Shown here piece after piece: positions 1 to 10,414 of a stretch of 64,000 bases of DNA. Numbering within the stretch: position 1 is the first letter of the stretch; each line of letters starts with the position of its first letter. The translations under genes and the position numbers were made by a program. This stretch comes from Candidatus Culexmicrobium cathedralense (GTDB lineage: Archaea; Thermoproteota; Methanomethylicia; Culexarchaeales; Culexmicrobiaceae): contig JANZKC010000001.1 in assembly GCA_025061115.1 (NCBI GenBank), forward strand, positions 640,001-704,000. Direction: 5' to 3'. The notes below the pieces were generated by a model, which worked only from the letters and a program-made list of their open reading frames with translations, had not been told where the DNA came from and did not search any database.

Positions 1-63
1 ATGAAAATAAAGAGGATATTCGACCCAAATAACATCCTAAACCCCGAAACCAAAATAGCGTAA
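1..63 (+). CDS. C-terminal end of FAD-linked oxidase (GlcD/D-lactate dehydrogenase-like), partial at window edge
   Basis: Reads MKIKRIFDPNNILNPETKIA*, matching the K..FDP..ILNP C-terminal motif of FAD-linked oxidases. Confidence 0.7.
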   Translation: MKIKRIFDPNNILNPETKIA

Positions 64-285
64 TCAAAGTAGTATCAAAGAAAAATTAAAAGCAATCTCA
101 ACAACATCACCGCCAACTATACAGTAGACACTCCCCTTCTAACTCGGCTTCCCACCGCTCAACAACGAAGCCAATCGTATTCTTACGAGAATAAACGAAG
201 TCTACGTTGCAGATCAAGCCAATTGCATTACAGCTACTCCCAATATTAAATGCAAAGCGGTTAAAGGCATGCAGCAACATATAAT

Positions 286-816
286 ATGAAGGTGATTGGC
301 GTGGAGAGCCTAGATCCAATTTATGCTTTAAATCAAATCCCACACCCGGTAGTGATAGTAACTGTTGGAGAGTATGGAGTTAAGGGCAAGTATAATGGAA
401 TGACAGCTGCCTGGGTTTCAAGAGTCTCGTGGGACCCTCCACTAGTAATGGTTTCCATAAGCCCCAAGAGATTTACTTGGAAGCTAATCAACGAGTATAA
501 GGAATTCGCAGTGAACATCGTGCCGAAAAGTTTGATTAAGCAAGCAGTGGACGTTTTCGGAAGCATGTCGGGAAGGGAAGTCGATAAATTTGAAGTTAGC
601 GGAGTGAAGGTTGAGAAGGGGAGAAAAATCAAGGCGCCGGTAATCCTCAATGCAAGCGTAGTGATAGAGTGCACTGTGGAGAACATAGTTGAAGCTGGAG
701 ACCACTACATAGTCATCGGAAGAGCGGTTGAAGCCTACAAAATCAGCGATGAAAAGCCAACGATATGGCACATGAGAAAGCCGTACAGCTTAGGAGAAGA
801 AATTGAGTTGAAGTGA
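286..816 (+). CDS. Flavin reductase-like FMN-binding protein
   Basis: NGMTAAWVSRVSWDPPLV, FAVN, GSMSGREVDKF and GDHYIVIG motifs. Confidence 0.9.
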   Translation: MKVIGVESLDPIYALNQIPHPVVIVTVGEYGVKGKYNGMTAAWVSRVSWDPPLVMVSISPKRFTWKLINEYKEFAVNIVPKSLIKQAVDVFGSMSGREVDKFEVSGVKVEKGRKIKAPVILNASVVIECTVENIVEAGDHYIVIGRAVEAYKISDEKPTIWHMRKPYSLGEEIELK

Positions 817-842
817 ATATCGGAGCAAGCAACACTAATAAC

Positions 843-1235
843 TTAATTTTCCTCATCCTTTTCCTCCTTAATTAAAACACCTCGCCTTCCACCTAGAACC
901 TCATCCAAAATACTTCTTCTCCCACTTAGCTCAGATTTTGGAGGCTCCTCCACCCTTTCCGAGGCAACCTCCCTAATTAATGGCTTACCACCCTCAATCT
1001 CTATGATAGCGCCGGGGTAGCGCTCCTCCAATTCACGCCTTAGCTTAGCTACATCCACATCTGGGCCAGCCTTAACGCGAACCCTAGTTCCCTCAGGAGT
1101 ACTTACAACTGAAATGGAATAGCCTTCACCTAAATTGCTAATTTCCCTCTCCAACCTCCTGAAAAGCTCATCGAAATCCCCGAAAATGGAGTTGCTGAAA
1201 AACTCATCGAGCAAGCTCCTACGCTTACGCTTCAA
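843..1235 (-). CDS. Hypothetical protein with small-HSP-like N-terminus
   Basis: 130 aa ORF with GAGGGG RBS. N-term FFSNSIFGDFDELFRRLERE...GYSISV resembles archaeal Hsp20 N-termini; no alpha-crystallin domain recognised. Confidence 0.6.
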   Translation of the reverse strand: MKRKRRSLLDEFFSNSIFGDFDELFRRLEREISNLGEGYSISVVSTPEGTRVRVKAGPDVDVAKLRRELEERYPGAIIEIEGGKPLIREVASERVEEPPKSELSGRRSILDEVLGGRRGVLIKEEKDEEN

Positions 1236-1476
1236 TTAGCCCCCTCAAAATAATATATTCGCAGAAAACTATTAACTTAACTCTCAATCAGACGCAAAAT
1301 CTTCCGTGACGTGAATTCAGCCAGCAAGATAAATCAAGCCAATAGCATCGAATTATTTTCCAACAGCATGCCGCTTAGCTTTAATAAAGTGGACATGTAA
1401 TGGCAAGGATAAATCGCTGTGCCAATAGATGAGAAGCTTTATTTAAAAAAGAGAGGATGTTCAAATGGTGAACTAG

Positions 1477-2988
1477 TTGGAGAAGCAGGAAGTTTTCACC
1501 AATAGTGTTGTTAAGGAAATTCTAAAGAAAACAAGAGTTATATGGGCATTAAATCACGCATCCAGCTTAATGGGCTGGGACTTAAGAGTCAACATGCCTA
1601 GGGAGGGCGTAACCGAGAGAAGCATAGCATCTTCAGAAATAGCAGTTTTAACTCAAAAACTCACACTCGACCCCGAACTCATAAAACTCGTTGAGAAAGC
1701 TGAAGAAATAAGTGATGAGCTAAACGACTACGAGCGCGGAGTAGTCAGAGTTCTTAAGAGGGAAATAAAAATTGCCAAAGCACTTCCGCCAAAGCTAGTG
1801 GAGGAATACACTCGCATAACAGGTGAAGCGAGAGTCAGGTGGAGGGAAGCTAGAAGCAGGGACAACTACGAAATATTCAAGCCATACCTAGCGAAAATCA
1901 TAGAGCTAAGCAGGAAAATTGCAGAGCATCTAGGATATGAGGAGCACCCATACGACGCACTTCTAGATATGAGAGAGGAAGGATTGAGAACGAAGGATGT
2001 AGACAGCATATTCAAAGTACTTGAGCCAGGAATAAGGAAGGTTCTAGATAAAATAGCGACCCGTGGATCATATCCATCCAAGCACGAGCTAGAAGACGTG
2101 AGGTACGACGTAGAAGCAATGACAAAGCTAAACAGGGAAGTGCTAGAAGTCCTAGAATACCCACTTGGAGTTAGAGGTAGACTGGACGTTTCAACCCACC
2201 CATTCACCTCAAGCATGGGAATAAAAGACGTAAGAATAACCACGAGGTATGAGGGGTACGACTTCAAGAGAAGCTTATTCGCAGTAATCCACGAATTTGG
2301 ACACGCACTATACGCACTGCAAATAGATGAAAGATTAATGACAACCCCGATAGCTAGAGGAGCAAGCGGAGGAGTTCATGAAAGCCAGTCCAGATTCTGG
2401 GAAAACATAATTGGAAGATCAAAAACGTTCGTAGAAGCAATATACCCAATACTCGCCAAGCACTTGGAATTCGTAAAGAACTACACTCCAAGCGACATAT
2501 ACCTATACTTCAACACAGTAAAGCCAAGCCTAATAAGAGTAGATGCAGACGAAGTAACCTACAACCTACACATCCTACTGAGATTCAAGCTTGAAAAGCT
2601 AATGATAACTGGAGAAGTAAAAGTGGACGAGCTGCCGGAACTATGGAACAGCGAAATGGAGAGACTGCTAGGAGTAAAGCCGAAAACCTACAGGGAAGGG
2701 CTACTCCAAGACGTTCACTGGAGCAGCGGCCTAGCAGGATTCCCAGCATACACCCTAGGAAACATCATAGCAGCCCAAATAAAGTACCACGCAGAGAGGG
2801 AGCTAAAGGAAATCCACGACTACATCGCAGAGTTAAACCTAAAGCCAATAAGGGAGTACTTGAGAGAAAAAGTTCACAGGTGGGGAGCAACCTACCCGCC
2901 AAAAGAGCTCATCAAAAGAAACTTCAAAGAGGAAATAAACCCAACATACTTCCTAAAATACCTAGAAGAAAAATACCTACAAAAATAA
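1477..2988 (+). CDS. Carboxypeptidase, M32 family
   Basis: HPF, DVRITTRY, HEFGH zinc motif, HESQS, IRVDADE, QDVHW; GGTGA RBS. Confidence 0.95.
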   Translation: MEKQEVFTNSVVKEILKKTRVIWALNHASSLMGWDLRVNMPREGVTERSIASSEIAVLTQKLTLDPELIKLVEKAEEISDELNDYERGVVRVLKREIKIAKALPPKLVEEYTRITGEARVRWREARSRDNYEIFKPYLAKIIELSRKIAEHLGYEEHPYDALLDMREEGLRTKDVDSIFKVLEPGIRKVLDKIATRGSYPSKHELEDVRYDVEAMTKLNREVLEVLEYPLGVRGRLDVSTHPFTSSMGIKDVRITTRYEGYDFKRSLFAVIHEFGHALYALQIDERLMTTPIARGASGGVHESQSRFWENIIGRSKTFVEAIYPILAKHLEFVKNYTPSDIYLYFNTVKPSLIRVDADEVTYNLHILLRFKLEKLMITGEVKVDELPELWNSEMERLLGVKPKTYREGLLQDVHWSSGLAGFPAYTLGNIIAAQIKYHAERELKEIHDYIAELNLKPIREYLREKVHRWGATYPPKELIKRNFKEEINPTYFLKYLEEKYLQK

Positions 2989-3332
2989 GCATCACCTAAA
3001 ATCAAATTAACCTCCAATTTTTCTTTATTCAATCCAAAGCTTGGCAGCCCATAACATACCATTCGAAAACCACTTGAAATACAATATTTTAGTCCGTAAA
3101 CTGCACCTTCAAATAAACGCCCAACCCTTATAGGTGATAAGAGACAGCCTTCCAAAATAACCCTAACCTAAAATTAAGTTTGATCGAAAAATTCTCACAT
3201 AAGAATATTTCAGCAAGTCTAAGAGGTATGTCACGAGTAGATACCTATAGCCGAACATCATTCCAAGCACCGTGAAGCAATTTAACGTCAACAATTTTAA
3301 AATATGCAGCAATTAAATCAACGGTGGATTAA

Positions 3333-3857
3333 ATGCGATATCAAGCGAAAATGATAGCTGCAGATCCATCCAAATGCACGGGATGCAGATACTGCGAATT
3401 GTGGTGCTCCTTCACCCATGAAGGAGTCTTCAGTCCATCGCTATCAAGAATAATAGTCGTTAGGGACGACAGAATAGGTCTTGACATCCCCATCACATGC
3501 AGGATGTGCAGCCCAGCGCCGTGCGTTAATGCATGTCCAACAGGCGCATTAGTTAAAGGCGAAGAAGGCACCATAAGCATTATGGAGGAAAAATGCATTG
3601 GATGCGGCAGCTGCGCCAAAGCATGCCCATATGGAGCCATGAGAATACACCCATTAAAGGCAGTACCACTGATATGCGACCTATGCGGAGGAGGAAAACC
3701 CGCATGCATATCCAAATGCCCAACCAACGCCCTCAAACTCCAGCCCACGGGCCAAGTCAACTTGACCTGGATTGAAGAAATCTTCGATCAGGCCTACAGC
3801 TACGCACTTCAACAGCACAAAAAAGTGATGGAGAGGTGGGGAATTCATGCCAAGTAA
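3333..3857 (+). CDS. 4Fe-4S dicluster electron-transfer subunit
   Basis: Four cysteine clusters (CTGCRYCELWC, CRMCSPAPCVNACP, CIGCGSCAKACP, CDLC...CP); overlaps the AOR gene start. Confidence 0.92.
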   Translation: MRYQAKMIAADPSKCTGCRYCELWCSFTHEGVFSPSLSRIIVVRDDRIGLDIPITCRMCSPAPCVNACPTGALVKGEEGTISIMEEKCIGCGSCAKACPYGAMRIHPLKAVPLICDLCGGGKPACISKCPTNALKLQPTGQVNLTWIEEIFDQAYSYALQQHKKVMERWGIHAK

Positions 3858-5745
3858 GCTCTACGGATACGCCGGGCAAATTCTAAGAATAAACTTGACC
3901 AACCGCAAAGTGAGGAAGGAAGAGCTTAGCAAGGAATTGGCGATCCAATACATCGGCGGCAGGGGATTCAATGCAAGAAGACTATATAACGAAGTGCCGA
4001 AGGGCGTGGATCCACTTGGGCCGAAGAACAAGCTCATGATAGCAACAGGCCCTATCTCGGGCACGGGCTTCCCCATTGGAGCGAGATTAAACGTCACTGC
4101 CAAATCGCCCCAAACAGGAATTCTAGGCGACTCAAATGTTGGCGGGCACTTCCCAGCTGAAATGAAGTACGCAGGCTTCGACCAAATAATAATTGAAGGA
4201 GCAAGCGATAAGCCCATTTACATACTCATAAGCGATGGAGAAGTTGAGTTCAGGGATGCAAGCAGCATATGGGGCCTAACCATATCCAAGGCATACGATG
4301 AAATAAGGAGGGAAGTAAGGGATTGGAAAGCTCAAATAGCCCTAATAGGGCCTGCAGCTGAAAACCTAGTCAAGTTCTCAGGAATATTCTTCAACGTCCA
4401 CAGGCCAGCAGCGCGCACAGGCCTAGGAGCAGTAATGGCCGCTAAAAAGCTTAAAGCAATAGTGGTTAGAGGCGAAGGCTACATCGAGGTCGCTGAGCCC
4501 AAGGAGTTCGAGGCATTCGTGGAAGAAATTGAAGAGTCAGTCTACAGCCACCCCCAATATTGGCCCAGAAGAATCATAGGAACATCAAGAATCCTGCTAG
4601 CAGCCAACAGGCTAGGCTTCCTTCCGGGAAAGCACTTCACCGCGGGAGAAGTAGACTACGCCTATGAAGTTAGCGGGGAAAAGCTTGCACTCAAATACAA
4701 CGTTAAGAGCCGCGGATGCTTCTCATGCATACTGCCGTGCGGCAGGTTCTACGTAATAGGTGAAGGGGAATTTGCAGGAACATACGGCGAGGGGCCAGAA
4801 TATGAAGCCCTAGCAGGCCTCACAGTTAGAATTGGAAATAACGACCTCAACTCAGCTCTAAAAGCCATAAGCATGATAAACGACCTAGGCATGGACGTCA
4901 TATCAACAAGTGAAGTCATAGCATGGGCAATCGAGCTATACGAGAAGGGACAGCTAAGCAGAAACGAAACCAGCGGGCTCGAACTAAATTGGGGCAACAT
5001 GAATGCAGTCCTCCAACTCATAGAAATGATAGCTTACAGGAGAGGCTTCGGAGCAGTCCTGGCAGATGGAGTAGCCAAGGCAGCGGAAAAGCTTGGAAAA
5101 GGAGCTGAAATAGCCTTCCACGTCAAAGGATTAGAAATGATACAGGCAGACCCAAGAGGGCTAAAGGGCTATGGACTGGGATTCGCAGTTGCATCAAGAG
5201 GAGCAGACCACCTCCGATCAGAACCCTTCATAGAGCTAAGCGACAACCCCGAAATAGGGAGAAAGCTATTCGGAGAGCCCGAAGCAACATTAAGGCTGGG
5301 AACACGCGGCAAGGGAAAGCTCGTAGCATACTATGAAAATTGGTGTGCAGTAATAGACGCCCTCGAAGTATGCAAAAACATAGCGGAAAACATGGAAATA
5401 CTCCCATTCGACAAGGCGGCCAAGCTAATCAACATAGTCACAGGCCTAAATCTGAGCGCAAGCGACCTTGTCAAGGTTGGCGAAAGAATAGTCAACATAG
5501 AAAGAGCGTACATAGTGAGGGAAGGCATAAGAAGGATGGACGACACCCTACCCAAAAGATTCCTAGAAGAGCCTATTAGAAGTGGGCCCTCAGCAGGCAA
5601 CGTAATAGAGCTAGATGAAATGCTCGAAGAATACTATGAAACCCGCAATTGGAACCCCAAAACAGGCATACCCACCGAAGAAAAGCTGCTGGAACTCCAA
5701 CTACACGACGTCGTAAAAGACCTCAAAAGCCACGGCATCCTATAA
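3847..5745 (+). CDS. aor: Aldehyde:ferredoxin oxidoreductase family (tungsten/molybdopterin)
   Basis: GYAGQILRINL, KSPQTG, GLGAVM..KKLKAI, CFSCILPC, EGPEYE, GMDVIS, DDTLPKRF. Confidence 0.92.
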   Translation: MPSKLYGYAGQILRINLTNRKVRKEELSKELAIQYIGGRGFNARRLYNEVPKGVDPLGPKNKLMIATGPISGTGFPIGARLNVTAKSPQTGILGDSNVGGHFPAEMKYAGFDQIIIEGASDKPIYILISDGEVEFRDASSIWGLTISKAYDEIRREVRDWKAQIALIGPAAENLVKFSGIFFNVHRPAARTGLGAVMAAKKLKAIVVRGEGYIEVAEPKEFEAFVEEIEESVYSHPQYWPRRIIGTSRILLAANRLGFLPGKHFTAGEVDYAYEVSGEKLALKYNVKSRGCFSCILPCGRFYVIGEGEFAGTYGEGPEYEALAGLTVRIGNNDLNSALKAISMINDLGMDVISTSEVIAWAIELYEKGQLSRNETSGLELNWGNMNAVLQLIEMIAYRRGFGAVLADGVAKAAEKLGKGAEIAFHVKGLEMIQADPRGLKGYGLGFAVASRGADHLRSEPFIELSDNPEIGRKLFGEPEATLRLGTRGKGKLVAYYENWCAVIDALEVCKNIAENMEILPFDKAAKLINIVTGLNLSASDLVKVGERIVNIERAYIVREGIRRMDDTLPKRFLEEPIRSGPSAGNVIELDEMLEEYYETRNWNPKTGIPTEEKLLELQLHDVVKDLKSHGIL

Positions 5746-5882
5746 GGCGCAAAACCCGACACACCATATTGCCAGAAGTCAAGTCCATTCCAACATTACT
5801 AAGGAAACAAAATGCTTAACTTAAAAGCCTAAACCATTAAAACCTCAGCCAACATATCAAAGGACGAAAAGCAGGTGAAAAC

Positions 5883-7694
5883 ATGAAAGACGAAGTTTTT
5901 AAAATGCATGAAAATAGGCTGGAATGGCTTGAGGTCAAGCGCTTCCTAAGCATTAGGTCCTCAACAAGCCCAATCGCTTCAAAGCATGAAAAATTCATAG
6001 TTTACTTAAGCGACACAACGGGATTCAACATTCCCTGGATAACCTACGGCGATAAGGCAGACATCCTATTTCCCCATGACCATAGAGTAAACTCGATCAC
6101 GCTCAGCAGTAGAGGATTGCTCGCAACCGCTAGCGACATCAATGGAAATGAGAGGTGGCAAATCCACGTCTACGACATTAAAAGTGGAAGGCTAATTCAC
6201 GTAGCTGGAGACAACGTAAACATAAATCACCCAGGAGCTTGGAGCAGCAACGGATTAGCCATGGGCTACACCTCCAACACGAGAAACGGAGTGGACTTCG
6301 ACCCATACATTTACAGGCACGGCAAGGGAGTTCAGGGACCAATAATTGAAATGGAGGGGAGAAATCGAGTGGCAGAGTGGCTAACCGACGATCACATCAT
6401 AATAAATCATGACAACACAAACCTGGACAGCGACCTAATGCTCCTCGACTTGAAGAGAAGGAAAATAATCAACCTAACCAAGCATGAAGGAGAAGCACTA
6501 AACAGCTCGCCAATAAAGCTCGACGAAAAAACATTCATATACCTAACCAACCAAGACAGGGAGTACGTTGGAATAGCACTCTACCAAGTTGACAAGAAGT
6601 CTTGGAAGTACATATACACCGTCGAACACGACATTGAAGCAATGGACATTTCAAGCGACCGGAAGAGAGTAGCATTCACGGTGAACGTTGAGGGATTCTC
6701 AAAGCTCTACATAGCTCCAATAGACTTCTCAAAGGTAGAGGAAGTTGAAGTGCCGCCTGGAGTGATAAGCGAAGTTTCATGGGGCGAAATGGGACTGGCA
6801 TTCTCAATTTCAAGCCCAAAAATAGGAAATGAAATTTGGCTCTACAAGCTAAAGGAAAAGGCTGAGCAAATAACATACTCCCCCAAATACGGGCTAGACA
6901 TGCAGTCAATGATAATTCCAGAATGCATTAGATATGAAAGCTACGACGGAATGAAAATTCCAGCACTAATGTGGAAGCCCATTAAAGGCGAGCCGCCATA
7001 CCCAGCAGTAGTAATAATTCACGGAGGACCCGAAAGCCAGTTCAGGCCGAAGTTCCAGCCACTACCCCAAATACTAGCCAAGCTAGGATACCTAGTACTA
7101 GCGCCAAACTTCAGGGGATCAAGAGGATACGGGAAAACATTCATCCACCTAGACGACAGGGAGAGAAGGCTATCATCACTAAAGGACATTGGAAGCATAG
7201 TGGACTGGGCAGTAAGTCAAGGCTTGACGGAGTATGGAAGAGTTGCAGTTACAGGAGCATCCTACGGCGGATACGCCACTCTAATGAGCATGGCACTATA
7301 CCCAGACTACTGGAGCTGCGGAGTGGAAAGAGTCGGAATGACGAGCCTAGTAACATTCTTGAAAAACACTGGTCCATGGAGAAGAAAATATAGAATACCA
7401 GAGTATGGAGACCCGGAAAAGGACTATGAAATGCTAATTGAAATAAGCCCAATGACCCACGCAGAAAAAATAAAGGCGCCACTAATGATCATCCACGGAG
7501 AAAACGACCCAAGAGTACCAATAACGGAAGCACTCCAACTAGTGGAAAAGCTGAAGAAGCTTGGAAGAAAAGTCGAATTCATAAAGCTAGGCGACGAAGG
7601 CCACGGATTAGCCAAAATAAACAATAGAGTGAAAATACTGAGCAAAACAATAGAATTCATAATGAAGCACACCCCAACGGTGAATCGAGCATAG
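5883..7694 (+). CDS. S9 family peptidase (acylaminoacyl-peptidase-like)
   Basis: Beta-propeller N-term, HGGP, GASYGG nucleophile, HGENDPRV, DEGHG. Confidence 0.93.
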   Translation: MKDEVFKMHENRLEWLEVKRFLSIRSSTSPIASKHEKFIVYLSDTTGFNIPWITYGDKADILFPHDHRVNSITLSSRGLLATASDINGNERWQIHVYDIKSGRLIHVAGDNVNINHPGAWSSNGLAMGYTSNTRNGVDFDPYIYRHGKGVQGPIIEMEGRNRVAEWLTDDHIIINHDNTNLDSDLMLLDLKRRKIINLTKHEGEALNSSPIKLDEKTFIYLTNQDREYVGIALYQVDKKSWKYIYTVEHDIEAMDISSDRKRVAFTVNVEGFSKLYIAPIDFSKVEEVEVPPGVISEVSWGEMGLAFSISSPKIGNEIWLYKLKEKAEQITYSPKYGLDMQSMIIPECIRYESYDGMKIPALMWKPIKGEPPYPAVVIIHGGPESQFRPKFQPLPQILAKLGYLVLAPNFRGSRGYGKTFIHLDDRERRLSSLKDIGSIVDWAVSQGLTEYGRVAVTGASYGGYATLMSMALYPDYWSCGVERVGMTSLVTFLKNTGPWRRKYRIPEYGDPEKDYEMLIEISPMTHAEKIKAPLMIIHGENDPRVPITEALQLVEKLKKLGRKVEFIKLGDEGHGLAKINNRVKILSKTIEFIMKHTPTVNRA

Positions 7695-7808
7695 CTAAGG
7701 CCAACTCAACAACCATAATTTATGAAGTAGCATGATAGGAGTGTACTTTAAAGTATTAGATATTAACACAAAAGCAACCCGCCTAAAAGCTACCAATTAA
7801 ACTACATA

Positions 7809-7830
7809 CATAGTAATATCATAGTAATAT
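7809..7830 (+). promoter_or_regulatory. Tandem 11-bp direct repeat CATAGTAATAT x2 at the cdc6 promoter
   Basis: Exact repeat at 7809-7819 and 7820-7830, abutting a TATAAT-like element; function inferred. Confidence 0.45.
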
Positions 7831-7852
7831 AATAACTATAGATTGGTGATGA

Positions 7853-9028
7853 GCTATCTCATCAATATTCACCAATAGGGACAGTTTATCACCAGCATAC
7901 GTCCCCGAAGTTCTCCCGCATAGGGAAGAGCAACTGAACTTCCTAAAAAGCCTACTGCGCGACTCAGTTAAGCGTAGGAGCCATTTGAGGAGCCTCCAAC
8001 TAGTAGGCAGCGTAGGAACGGGAAAAACTGCAACGGCAAAGAGGTTCGCGGAAATATTAAGGGCTGAAGCTGAGAATTGGGGGAATGAGCTAAGAACTTC
8101 ATATATCAATTTACGCAAGCACGGCCCATCGCGCTTCCTCATATTCAATGCGTTAGCCGAGCAGATCACGCCTGAACTCTCGTTTAGGGGTTATGGGCCG
8201 GAGGAAATTCTAAACGCCATAGTGAAGTACTTAAATTCAACGGGCAAGCTCGCACTAATAATAGTTGATGAAGTGGACTACCACTGCAAGCAGCACCCGA
8301 AGGAGAAGATAATTTATGACCTGACAAGGCTCGATGAAACGGCGCCAAGCGGCTACAGCAACGTAGTAGGATGCATATTCATTGCCAGAAATCCAAATTG
8401 GACTCAAATGCTAGATGAAGCAGAATTATCAAGCCTAGGTAGAATCCAAATAAGATTTCCACCCTACTCCTCAATCCAACTGAGGGACATTCTAACTCAA
8501 AGATGCAAATTAGCCTTCAAGCCAGGGGCAGTGGCAGATGAAGTAATAGAATTCATAGCTGATGTGGCAAGCAGGCCGCCAGTCAATGGAGATGCAAGAT
8601 ACGCACTAGACCTACTATTATACGCCGGAACGCTTGCAGAGCATAGGGGGTCAAGCAAAGTAACGGCCGAGCACGTTAGGCACGTCCACTCAAACCTATG
8701 CCCAACCATATCAACCGAAGACATCCAAGAGCTCCCCCACGACCTACTATACGTTTTACTGGCAATTGCAAGAACACTGAAGAGCAGCCAAACCCCATAC
8801 GTCCACATCAACGAAATCAAAAGCACATACGAAGTGATATGCGAAGTAAACAGCATCAAGCCAGTCAAAGACCTATACGAAGCAATAGACGACCTGGCAG
8901 CCAGGGAACTAATCGTAATTAGAGGATTAACTAGAATTGGAATTGCAGGAGTGTCGGCCGAAGCACTACTCCACTACCTAGACGACGTAATCAAGAGAGT
9001 TGAGGAGGCAATCAAAAGTGAACATTAG
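7853..9028 (+). CDS. cdc6: Cdc6/Orc1 family AAA+ ATPase with C-terminal winged helix
   Basis: Frame open from 7853 reads AISSIFTNRDSLSPAYVPEVLPHREEQL (canonical N-term). Walker A GSVGTGKT, Walker B IIVDEVD, FPPY, GDARYAL. No in-frame ATG/GTG/TTG before 7985. Confidence 0.9.
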   Translation, partial: AISSIFTNRDSLSPAYVPEVLPHREEQLNFLKSLLRDSVKRRSHLRSLQLVGSVGTGKTATAKRFAEILRAEAENWGNELRTSYINLRKHGPSRFLIFNALAEQITPELSFRGYGPEEILNAIVKYLNSTGKLALIIVDEVDYHCKQHPKEKIIYDLTRLDETAPSGYSNVVGCIFIARNPNWTQMLDEAELSSLGRIQIRFPPYSSIQLRDILTQRCKLAFKPGAVADEVIEFIADVASRPPVNGDARYALDLLLYAGTLAEHRGSSKVTAEHVRHVHSNLCPTISTEDIQELPHDLLYVLLAIARTLKSSQTPYVHINEIKSTYEVICEVNSIKPVKDLYEAIDDLAARELIVIRGLTRIGIAGVSAEALLHYLDDVIKRVEEAIKSEH

Positions 9029-9299
9029 AGAGGAAATTGAAAAGGCAATTGGAAGCATAAGCACCCTAAGAGTCCTAGGAGAAATGGCAAAAAACCCAAC
9101 GAAAACCTACAGCAAATACGCCCTAGCAAAGGGAACAATGCTAAATGAACGAGACGTGGCAAATGCGCTCAAAAAGCTAATAGCAATAGGATGGATTGAA
9201 GAACTAAGCTATGGAAGAATCAAAGCATACAAACTAAACCTAAACAACGAGAAAGTAAAGGCAGCCATGAAGTTCCTAAGGGAAATAGGCTACATATAA
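9018..9299 (+). CDS. Winged helix-turn-helix (ArsR-like) protein
   Basis: GTG start after GAGGAGG, overlapping the cdc6 stop; SKYALAKGTML..DVANALKKLIAIGWIEE HTH-wing pattern. Confidence 0.8.
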   Translation: MNIREEIEKAIGSISTLRVLGEMAKNPTKTYSKYALAKGTMLNERDVANALKKLIAIGWIEELSYGRIKAYKLNLNNEKVKAAMKFLREIGYI

Positions 9300-9470
9300 G
9301 CAACAGGAAACCACATTTATAGCGAAATTAATTGGGTAAGCCCAACAAGAGAAATTCAACTCGAAATATGCTGAAACCTACTTTTCAAAGTTGAAGGCAA
9401 CCCACCCCCTCCCCCCAACCTGACATTCACACTATATAAGCTCCGCAGCCCCTTGATTTCACGGTGAATT

Positions 9471-10412
9471 ATGGCACATGCACTCGAACTCGTTAGAGGC
9501 ATTGGACCTGCAACTGCAAGCAAGCTTAGGGAAATAGGCATAACAAGCGCTGAAGCCCTAGCAGTAACCCCTCCAAGAACCATCAGCGAAGCCCTAGGCA
9601 TAAGCGAGAAAATGGCAATCCAAATATGCAAAAACGCGAGGGAACTGCTCAACATAACCTTCATCACAGCTGAAGAATACCTGGAAAATCGAATGAAAAT
9701 TGGGAAAATAACAACTGGATGCAACTCCCTCGACCAACTATTGGGAGGGGGAGTTGAAACCGGAGCAGTAACCGAGTTCGTGGGGGAGTTCGGGTCAGGC
9801 AAAACCCAATTAGCCCACCAACTCTCAATCACAGTTCAACTACCCCAAAGCGAAGGAGGACTTGAAGGAGCAACCCTATACATAGACACCGAAGGAACAT
9901 TCAGGCCCGAAAGAATTCTGCAAATAGCCCCCAGATTTGGAATTGATGGAAGGGAAGCCCTAAGGAAGATAGTGTTTGCAAGAGCGTACAACAGTGACCA
10001 CCAAATCCTAATCGTCGAGGAAGCGCCGAAAATCCTGGAAAAGCACAGCGTCAAGCTAATAGTCGTAGACAGCCTAATCAGCCACTTCAGAGGAGAATTC
10101 CCCGGCCGGGAAAACCTAGCCCTAAGGCAGCAGAAGTTGAATAGGCACATCCACCAGCTCCTAGCCCTAGCGGACGCCTACAACCTAGCAGTAATAGTAA
10201 CCAATCAAGTAATGTCGGATCCAGCAACATTCTATGGAAATCCAACCAAGCCAACTGGAGGACACGTGCTAGCCCACTCATGCACCTACAGAATATGGCT
10301 CAGAAAAGCGAAGGGAGGAAAGAGAATAGCAAGAATATTCGACAGCCCAATGCACCCCGAAGGAGAAGCGGTGTTCAAGATAAGCGATGAAGGAATAGTC
10401 GACGCAAAATAG
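9471..10412 (+). CDS. radA: DNA repair and recombination protein RadA
   Basis: HhH N-term ([10 protein letters not shown]), FITA polymerization motif, [38 protein letters not shown]. Confidence 0.95.
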   Translation: MAHALELVRGIGPATASKLREIGITSAEALAVTPPRTISEALGISEKMAIQICKNARELLNITFITAEEYLENRMKIGKITTGCNSLDQLLGGGVETGAVTEFVGEFGSGKTQLAHQLSITVQLPQSEGGLEGATLYIDTEGTFRPERILQIAPRFGIDGREALRKIVFARAYNSDHQILIVEEAPKILEKHSVKLIVVDSLISHFRGEFPGRENLALRQQKLNRHIHQLLALADAYNLAVIVTNQVMSDPATFYGNPTKPTGGHVLAHSCTYRIWLRKAKGGKRIARIFDSPMHPEGEAVFKISDEGIVDAK

Positions 10413-10414
10413 CA

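Noticed and set aside
107-343. 78 aa minus-strand ORF
   Set aside because: Overlaps the flavin reductase start and has no recognisable motif
7695-7850. Replication origin next to cdc6
   Set aside because: Short gap with no ORB consensus or G-string visible
9300-9470. Sulfolobus-type ANTTTC damage-response element
   Set aside because: Only GAAATT reverse matches; a 6-mer expected by chance in AT-rich DNA
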